Virus record (IMG/VR): IMGVR_UViG_3300030419_006251
Span: 32,001 to 96,000 of that record
Strand: one strand, 5' to 3'
Origin: a virus
Taxonomy: Duplodnaviria; Caudoviricetes
Length of the DNA stretch: 64,000 nt
Part shown: piece by piece, positions 57,739-64,000 of the stretch
How positions within the stretch are numbered: the stretch's first letter is position 1
Layout: each line of letters opens with the position of its first letter
The notes under the pieces: model-generated
The model's input: only the letters and a program-made list of their open reading frames with translations
What the model was told of the DNA's origin: nothing
The model's database searches: none
Made by a program: the position numbers and the translations under genes

Positions 57739-59325
57739 TTAACCTTTATATAACCATTTATATTGTTCGTAGTCTTTTTTTGCGTTATCAAACCTATCTA
57801 AATCTTCTTCTCTCTTATAACCTTCCATCCCTTTGATAGTTGTATTAATGGTTGTATTTGATACAAGCATAGAATTCAATAAAGCTTTTTTATATTCTAC
57901 ATCCCTTTTATTAACTTGTAAAGCCGTATCTCTAACCCAACAACCGATTGCCAACGCCATAATTAAATCATCATTATATCCCCTCATAGCTTGTGGCTTT
58001 CCGTTATACCAAATAAATGTGGTTATCTCCTTAAATGTTCTCTGCGAATAAATAGTAATTAGTTTGTTTCTTATGAACTCTTCAAATTTTGCTACAATAA
58101 TTGGTCTAGTTTTTGTAGAGGTCGTAAACCCTGGAACTGAGTTTGTCATTGACTCAGCCTGATATTGTTCTACAAACTCGTGAGAACTCTTTATTGAAAA
58201 ATACAAATTTGAGTATTCTAGATCGATCAATTTTTCCAGTACCGATATTCCAACGCCCACATTCTCTACTATTAACAAGCATTTTCCGTATTCTGATCCG
58301 GCCTGATATAATATCCTAGAATACATATCTAAGCTGGGCTTACCTTGGTACTCCGCTACTACTTCCATGGTTTCCAGTTTAATGACATGAAATGTCGAGT
58401 TGTCTGCTCCGTCACCTCTCGCAACATCAGCTACTAACAGATATGTGCTCTCGGCCTGATATTTCTCCCATATCCAAAAATTTCTATCAAATCCCGTTCT
58501 GTACACAGGGTCTTTAGTTATTGTGTCCATCCACGCAATGTCGTCTGGATGTATTACAGTTTCACCAGAAGTGTTGAAGTTACATTGAAGTTCTTGCGCA
58601 ATTTCTCTAGAGGACATATTTTTGGTTTCGCGCTCAAACCATGCCTGATCACGATCCGGATGTACATCCCATGGTAAATTTACTGGATGAAATTCGTTTT
58701 CTTCAAGCTCTGCTTCAGAGTATATTTTGTGAAACCAATTACCAACACCATTTGGTGTAGAGAGCGCAATACAACGACCACCAGTAGATAGTGTAGGATA
58801 AAGGCCGGCCCATAATTCTTCTAAGCCCTCAACATGCGCAGCCTCGTCAATTACCAATAATGAAAGAGCTTCGGAACGGCCAGCATCACCAGAAGTTGAG
58901 GATGCCTTGATTTGAGAGCCGTTAGAAAGCTCAAACGAAGTCCTATTGTCAATTGAAATATCAGCGATCTGGAGCCATTCAGGCATTCTCTTAATGATTG
59001 CCTTAACCTTTTTAACCAAGTTAGATGCCGTTCCGAATTTTGTAGCTACAACAAGAATATTTTTGTCGCGATGAAACATCATAAGCCACGCAACATAGCC
59101 AGCTGTAATAGTGGATATTCCAAGCTGACGGGCTTTTAGTATAACCGTAAATCGATGATCATTATAGCTTTTTAAGAGATCCGACTGAAAGTCGTATGTC
59201 CGAAATGGAATTAAGCCTTTTTGCGGATGAGAGATTCTGGCGTAATTGTTCAAGAAGTAACTGGAGTCTTTGCCACATTTAACAATCTCTTTCAAAACTT
59301 CTTCTTTTGAAAGTCTATATGTCAT
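57739..59325 (-). CDS. terL: Terminase large subunit (gp17-like)
   Basis: LKARQLGIST, LLVIDEAAH, LSTPNG, DVARGDG.D and NDDLIMALAI. Confidence 0.93.
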   Translation of the reverse strand: MTYRLSKEEVLKEIVKCGKDSSYFLNNYARISHPQKGLIPFRTYDFQSDLLKSYNDHRFTVILKARQLGISTITAGYVAWLMMFHRDKNILVVATKFGTASNLVKKVKAIIKRMPEWLQIADISIDNRTSFELSNGSQIKASSTSGDAGRSEALSLLVIDEAAHVEGLEELWAGLYPTLSTGGRCIALSTPNGVGNWFHKIYSEAELEENEFHPVNLPWDVHPDRDQAWFERETKNMSSREIAQELQCNFNTSGETVIHPDDIAWMDTITKDPVYRTGFDRNFWIWEKYQAESTYLLVADVARGDGADNSTFHVIKLETMEVVAEYQGKPSLDMYSRILYQAGSEYGKCLLIVENVGVGISVLEKLIDLEYSNLYFSIKSSHEFVEQYQAESMTNSVPGFTTSTKTRPIIVAKFEEFIRNKLITIYSQRTFKEITTFIWYNGKPQAMRGYNDDLIMALAIGCWVRDTALQVNKRDVEYKKALLNSMLVSNTTINTTIKGMEGYKREEDLDRFDNAKKDYEQYKWLYKG

Positions 59326-59346
59326 CTTATGTTCTCAAAAGCTTTG

Positions 59347-59535
59347 CTATTTACCTTTACGCTCGTGAAGCTCGGCCATAACTTCTGCTCTGAGTTCCTT
59401 TAAATCTCTAATTGCTTCCATGGCGGACTTTCTCACTCTACGGCCGGCCGAAGCGTTACCTTTATCAAACTTTTCTGCGTCTCTAACCGCCAAAGAAAGT
59501 TCGCTAAGAATTTCCTGTAATCTTTCCAATACCAT
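59347..59535 (-). CDS. Hc1-family histone-like protein
   Basis: DAEKFDKGNASAGRRVRK...LKELR resembles the Hc1 core (KGNKAAAQRVR). Confidence 0.65.
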   Translation of the reverse strand: MVLERLQEILSELSLAVRDAEKFDKGNASAGRRVRKSAMEAIRDLKELRAEVMAELHERKGK

Positions 59536-59536
59536 C

Positions 59537-60115
59537 TTACTTCTCCTTTCTAGTTACATTCTTTGGCTTTTTAGTGTTGGGATACTTGTCTTTGCCAATT
59601 GCCAAAAACTTCTTGATTGCCGCGTCCAGCCTTTCTTCGGAGGAAGAGCCCTCTTCATAATTAGGATCCCGCTCGACATCCGATAAGCCGCCAATTTTAT
59701 AATATCTAAAGGCCTGAACCCAAGCTCTAACGCGAGAAGTGCTTTGCACATCTACCTGAACTTCCGCATCGGGGCTTAGCGTTAGTGAGTTTCCAGTTAC
59801 TTTTTTGTACTCTTTCTTAAGAAATTTAGCAATATCGTTAATCATATCTTCTATATTAGATTCAAATTTGCTGTCGTGAATATCTTTAATTTTAATCTCA
59901 CCATGATAATGAATGCAAAGTAATGGGCCTTGAAACTTAATGCGAAAGCCGTCTAATACTCTAGAATCCAAGATCGGGTCGCCCTCTTCTCTCTTGAGGC
60001 CAACTTTGTGTTCTTCTCCATCGAGAGAGTACTTTTTATCGTGGGCGCCGTCATAAGAGTTTGCAGCTGCCTGCGCGATTCCTCTAATAATGTCTAATGT
60101 ATTTGATTTTGCCAT
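59537..60115 (-). CDS. Hypothetical protein (192 aa)
   Basis: Collinear ORF with SD; no motif recognised. Confidence 0.6.
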   Translation of the reverse strand: MAKSNTLDIIRGIAQAAANSYDGAHDKKYSLDGEEHKVGLKREEGDPILDSRVLDGFRIKFQGPLLCIHYHGEIKIKDIHDSKFESNIEDMINDIAKFLKKEYKKVTGNSLTLSPDAEVQVDVQSTSRVRAWVQAFRYYKIGGLSDVERDPNYEEGSSSEERLDAAIKKFLAIGKDKYPNTKKPKNVTRKEK

Positions 60116-60131
60116 TTATTTGTTTCCTTGC

Positions 60132-60233
60132 TTATTTTTTACAATCACAACTGTCACATCCACAACAGCCGCAACAGCAACAACAGTGTTTGTCATTCAA
60201 TAAGTTTACTAATCTGTGTAATACTTTTTTCAT
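60132..60233 (-). CDS. Metallothionein-like Cys-rich peptide (33 aa), missing from the ORF track
   Basis: Manual translation MKKVLHRLVNLLNDKHCCCCCGCCGCDSCDCKK; AAGGA SD and late motif 60254-60262 upstream. Confidence 0.7.
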   Translation of the reverse strand: MKKVLHRLVNLLNDKHCCCCCGCCGCDSCDCKK

Positions 60234-60297
60234 TTTGTTTGCTTTCCTTATTATAATTAGTTACTTGTTTGTCTCTTCGACAATTCTTTTTCCTTCT

Positions 60298-60669
60298 TTA
60301 TGGGAACATCGCCTTCACATATTGAAACACTTCCATCTTTGCTCGCTCAAATTCCTCTTTATCTTCACCAAAGTATCCTGATGCGAACCACTGATCGACA
60401 TCCTCAACTAAAATTCTATCATATTCCCACATCTTGCCGAGGCCGGTCGCTTTGTTCGCTTCCTCCATCATTTCGTACAAAGGTTCAGACAAAGGGCTTT
60501 TCCAACTAGCTCTAACTCTATCAGACATGCCCTCGCTTATCGACTTTCCGCTTCTTGTATGGTTGCCTGGGGTTGTATATTCAACCAACGCATCAATGGC
60601 ATTAGACATGCTTGCAAGTATATTTATTGCCTCTTGAATTTGCTTTTGTTTATTATTTTTATTGCTCAT
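60298..60669 (-). CDS. Hypothetical protein
   Basis: AGGAG SD before MSNKNN at 60669. Confidence 0.55.
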   Translation of the reverse strand: MSNKNNKQKQIQEAINILASMSNAIDALVEYTTPGNHTRSGKSISEGMSDRVRASWKSPLSEPLYEMMEEANKATGLGKMWEYDRILVEDVDQWFASGYFGEDKEEFERAKMEVFQYVKAMFP

Positions 60670-61051
60670 TTTTATCTCCTGGGCGCCATCCGGATTCCCA
60701 TCGAGTCTCCCGATCTTCAACATACTGTACATAACACTTGAAGCAACAATCGTACTTATTCATATAAACATCATCTTTGCTACTAAAAGAGTATACAGCA
60801 CATGTAGGGCATGTACGATTACTATCTTTATTAAGTAGATTTTTCGATATCAAAAAACCACTTAATTCAATCTTCTCAATTTTTTTCTGTAGCAGGTCTG
60901 TCTTTTCTTGCAGCTTCTTTATCTGCTCTTTATATTCTTCCTCTTTTTCTTTTGTCCATAAGTTCTTAGGATTTTGTACTGCTTCTGGGCCGTACTTATC
61001 TGATATTGCCTTTTCAAGATTCGCTATATAATTTAAATCTTTTTTTCCCAT
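60659..61051 (-). CDS. Hypothetical Zn-finger protein
   Basis: CPTC...CCFKC; TAATG coupling at 61051. Confidence 0.65.
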   Translation of the reverse strand: MGKKDLNYIANLEKAISDKYGPEAVQNPKNLWTKEKEEEYKEQIKKLQEKTDLLQKKIEKIELSGFLISKNLLNKDSNRTCPTCAVYSFSSKDDVYMNKYDCCFKCYVQYVEDRETRWESGWRPGDKNEQ

Positions 61052-61500
61052 TATCGTTGAATTTCCTGCGATGCGAACAAAACGCCCAAAGTAAGTCCGA
61101 TGCCAGTTACAATGCCGCCAGCTAGCCACCAATGATTATTTCTATTTGGTTGTTCTAAAGCCATGTCGCGATATGTGTCTATTTCTTGCTGTTTAATATC
61201 CATCAAAAGATCGTGTCTTTCCGTCAAAGAATCATAGCTAACTTGTAACATATCAAGCTGAAGTTGATATCTGGCTTCTGTCTTATTAATCTCAAATTCT
61301 ACTCGCAAATCACACTCAGACATGCTAAATTGACTTTCCGCAATCAATGTGGCAGTTGCGGCCGGATTAAATAAAGTCCCATCGAAAGGAGCCGGATCTC
61401 CTTCTTCAACATGTGTATATTGTGGTGCCTCATCTGCATATGCAATTGGTGCTGCTATTAAATTAGTTGAAATTATGAGAGTAAAAATCTTATTCCACAT
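61051..61500 (-). CDS. Exported coiled-coil protein with C-terminal TM, putative spanin component
   Basis: Signal peptide ending IAYA, coiled coil, C-terminal WWLAGGIVTGIGLTLGVLF. Confidence 0.45.
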   Translation of the reverse strand: MWNKIFTLIISTNLIAAPIAYADEAPQYTHVEEGDPAPFDGTLFNPAATATLIAESQFSMSECDLRVEFEINKTEARYQLQLDMLQVSYDSLTERHDLLMDIKQQEIDTYRDMALEQPNRNNHWWLAGGIVTGIGLTLGVLFASQEIQR

Positions 61501-61906
61501 ATTCAAATCCAAACTCCTCTTTTAAAGCCTCGTTAAGGCTCTCTTTGTTGCCGGCGTGAGAATCTACAAGCTCCTTAATGCGCGCCCGTTTTTCGAAAGT
61601 AAGTTTGTCTCTCTCGTTTTGATATCGAACCTCTATAGAGTCCATTACTTTCTGGTATTGTTCGACAGCCTCTGCTTTTCTCTGCTGTTCTTCTGCATGT
61701 GTTTTATTTATCGCTTCGATTTCGTCTTCGTAACTTTTTCTAGTAGTTTCAAGTACCTTAAGCATGGCCTTTGCATTTTTTCTAGAAACAAACCAAATTA
61801 CTATCGTCCATATGACGAGTGCTACAATTTTCCAATGATGTTTGGACCATACCCAAGCCTTCTTAACAAAAAGCTTGGTGGCCTCCCAAGTTAACCAACT
61901 CATCAT
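61490..61906 (-). CDS. i-spanin-like protein
   Basis: N-terminal TM helix followed by a long charged coiled coil; directly after the holin-like gene. Confidence 0.5.
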   Translation of the reverse strand: MMSWLTWEATKLFVKKAWVWSKHHWKIVALVIWTIVIWFVSRKNAKAMLKVLETTRKSYEDEIEAINKTHAEEQQRKAEAVEQYQKVMDSIEVRYQNERDKLTFEKRARIKELVDSHAGNKESLNEALKEEFGFEYVE

Positions 61907-62103
61907 TATTCTCCAGAATCGCCAAATCGATAAGCTTTCATTACATCTACAACACTTTGGCCTGCAATGTATACTACAGCGATCATGCCCCAGGTTTCAG
62001 AATCCAAATCAGACCACATCATTAAACCAGTTGCAGTCAAAAATGTAAATAGCTTACGAGAGACGGCTTTTTCTAAAATTCGATCAAGAGTACCTTTTCT
62101 CAT
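61906..62103 (-). CDS. Holin-like protein (2 TM)
   Basis: SRKLFTFLTATGLMM...WGMIAVVYIAGQ, 65 aa; late motif at 62123-62131. Confidence 0.6.
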   Translation of the reverse strand: MRKGTLDRILEKAVSRKLFTFLTATGLMMWSDLDSETWGMIAVVYIAGQSVVDVMKAYRFGDSGE

Positions 62104-62130
62104 TACAAATTCCTCCTGACCTTAATTAGT

Positions 62131-62394
62131 TTATTTTTCTGTTTGAAGGCTAGAATTTAAATATTTTTGAAATGTTTGTGTGAAAAACTTGTGAAATCTC
62201 TTGTTACTCCAGCGTTTAAGTCCTTGCTGCTCTTTAAACCAGTTCATAAATTCTTCACTCATTTCAACATTAACAGTGCCAGAGCCATCCTCGTTCTCTT
62301 TCACGCCAACAATCTTTACTTTAAAATTGCCGGCATCAATGTGTTTCTTCACCTCCATTATGTCTCTTAAGCTCAACTTTTTAATATCGGACAT
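62131..62394 (-). CDS. Hypothetical protein
   Basis: GGAGG SD before MSDIKK; overlaps the sbcC-like stop. Confidence 0.5.
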   Translation of the reverse strand: MSDIKKLSLRDIMEVKKHIDAGNFKVKIVGVKENEDGSGTVNVEMSEEFMNWFKEQQGLKRWSNKRFHKFFTQTFQKYLNSSLQTEK

Positions 62395-64000
62395 GTGCAA
62401 AACCCTCCTTTTTATCAATATTAATAATTATATCTGCGTTGTCTTTTAGTGTATCCATGTGCGATATTAACAATACAGTCTTATAATAGCTTTTAATCAT
62501 ATCCAAGATTCTAATAAACCCTTCCATGTTTTCTGCGTCTAACGCGGTGCCGGGCTCGTCTAAAATAAATAGATCTCCCTTTGGTAAATTAGACACAGAC
62601 AATAAAGCTATTCGAATTGCCATAGATGCAATGGTTTTTTCTGCTCCGGAGCCCATTTCAATCGGTCTCGGATCATGTTTTGGGTGTTTGATAAAAATAT
62701 TTAACTTCTTACCATCATCTTCAAAATATACATCAAAATTAACAATGTTTGCTAGTGTTTTAGCAATTTCTTCGTTAATGATTGGAAGTTTTCGCTTAAT
62801 AATATCGTAAGCAATTCCATTTGAATGCATGCAGCGCATATAAAGATCAAAAGCCGAATATTCATCGTGTAAATTGTGGTATTCCTGCTTTTGTTCTTCT
62901 AAGTTTCGCAACTTTTGCTCTAGAGAACCGTGTTCTACATACAATGTAGTTAAATTGTCTTCACACTCAACCTTTTCAGAAGCCAAAGTAGCAATTGTTG
63001 CCTTCATTTTGTTTGATTTGGCGATTAAAGATTCTAAATTATCTATTGCTTTCTTATTTTTATCATATTCAACTACCTTTTCGCGCAAATCAACTAAATT
63101 ATTTGACACCTTTTCCAAAGAATTGGTATTTCGCTCAATAGATAAGTTTAATTCCGCAATCTTAGTAGTGACCTCTGTTCGTTTCTTTAAAATATTATTA
63201 TATTTTTCTATATGCCCGAAGACAACTTCAGGATTCAATTTATTTAGCGCCGCTGTGGTGTTTTTTTGCTCGGCAGCTACTTGTGAACGGGACGCAACAG
63301 CAACATTGGCATCTCTAATAAACTTGCATTTCGGAAAGGAATCACCGCAAGGAATTCCATCTAACAATTTTGCCTTTTTATCCGCATTTTCTATCTCTTT
63401 TTCCAAGTTAGTGATGTTGTTCTTTAGAAGAACAATCTCTTCTTTCTGCAGTTCCAGTTCTTCGATATCCATGCTGTCTATAAAGTTTGCGATTTTCTCA
63501 AAAAGCTCTGTTCGTATCTTAAGATCTTGTCTTTCTTCGACAATCTTAGACTGTAGCGACATCTGTTGTGCTTCTAATTTTCGTATCTCGTTTTTTGTCT
63601 TTACGATATCAATCACTTCAACAGGAATTGAGCCAATTTTAGCTTGAATTTTTGATAATTTCTCGTCAACTTTATTAATCGATGTTTGGTGTGCTTCGCA
63701 TTTGTTCTTGTATTGTGTGATATTGTCTTCACTTTCACACAACTCGATTGTCGCGGCTGCGATCTCTTCATCAAACTCCTTATCTTGCAATCTTCTTAGG
63801 GCGCCCCTCAAATCACTGGCGTCTTCTTTCGCTAGCTTATACTTTTTCTCGAAGATTTCTAAATCCAAAAATTTCGCTAAAATTTCCTTGCGGCGAGTTG
63901 AACCTTCATTGATAAATGTTAAGGAGTCAAGCTGACTCGCCATCGAAGATAGTAAAAAATCATCTAAAGTTCCAAACTTTTTACGAATGTTTTTATCTGT
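62381..64000 (-). CDS. SbcC/Rad50/gp46-like recombination ATPase, 5' end outside the window
   Basis: Long coiled coil, Zn-hook-like PCG..FPKC, ABC signature GSGAEK, Walker B FILDEP, SH loop; the frame stays open to 64000. Confidence 0.88.
   Translation of the reverse strand, partial: TDKNIRKKFGTLDDFLLSSMASQLDSLTFINEGSTRRKEILAKFLDLEIFEKKYKLAKEDASDLRGALRRLQDKEFDEEIAAATIELCESEDNITQYKNKCEAHQTSINKVDEKLSKIQAKIGSIPVEVIDIVKTKNEIRKLEAQQMSLQSKIVEERQDLKIRTELFEKIANFIDSMDIEELELQKEEIVLLKNNITNLEKEIENADKKAKLLDGIPCGDSFPKCKFIRDANVAVASRSQVAAEQKNTTAALNKLNPEVVFGHIEKYNNILKKRTEVTTKIAELNLSIERNTNSLEKVSNNLVDLREKVVEYDKNKKAIDNLESLIAKSNKMKATIATLASEKVECEDNLTTLYVEHGSLEQKLRNLEEQKQEYHNLHDEYSAFDLYMRCMHSNGIAYDIIKRKLPIINEEIAKTLANIVNFDVYFEDDGKKLNIFIKHPKHDPRPIEMGSGAEKTIASMAIRIALLSVSNLPKGDLFILDEPGTALDAENMEGFIRILDMIKSYYKTVLLISHMDTLKDNADIIINIDKKEGFAHVRY

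Noticed and set aside
1-64000. Stop-codon reassignment (alternative genetic code)
   Set aside because: Core genes are full length under the standard code, and TAA, TAG and TGA all terminate genes
1-64000. tRNA, rRNA, CRISPR array, intron/intein, integrase
   Set aside because: Intergenic spaces are short and I saw no cloverleaf, spaced repeats, intein motifs or recombinase; a tRNAscan/Infernal run would be needed to exclude them formally

Overview
This is a 64 kb segment of a large, lytic-looking, T4-like myovirus genome (uncultivated-type lineage). Essentially every real gene is on the minus strand, and the + strand ORFs in the track look like antisense shadows. In transcription order (right to left) it carries: an SbcC/gp46-like ATPase (partial); a holin/spanin-like cassette; small genes including an Hc1-like protein and an unlisted 33-aa metallothionein-like peptide; terminase, portal, prohead protease and ribosomal protein bS21; three repeat-rich tail fibres and a beta-propeller adhesin; scaffold, major capsid, neck, sheath, tube, a frameshifted tail chaperone, tape measure and baseplate; a replication block (short PolA, tubulin/FtsZ-like protein, SSB, RecA, 5'-3' exonuclease); an accessory block; DnaB-like helicase; and class II ribonucleotide reductase (partial). 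The most striking feature is the accessory block at 3.5-12.3 kb. Five genes there (nucleotidyltransferase, Arg-rich protein, SET methyltransferase, HExxH protease-Nudix fusion, 872-aa unknown) carry a W-x-x-F/Y-(L)-x-E leader resembling T4 capsid-targeting sequences, which suggests an injected enzyme payload. Other highlights are a circularly permuted tail-tube-initiator paralogue, a Cys-Cys micropeptide followed by a hairpin, and a recurrent late-promoter-like motif ACTA(T/A)TTA. All assignments come from motif recognition by eye; no database searches were run.
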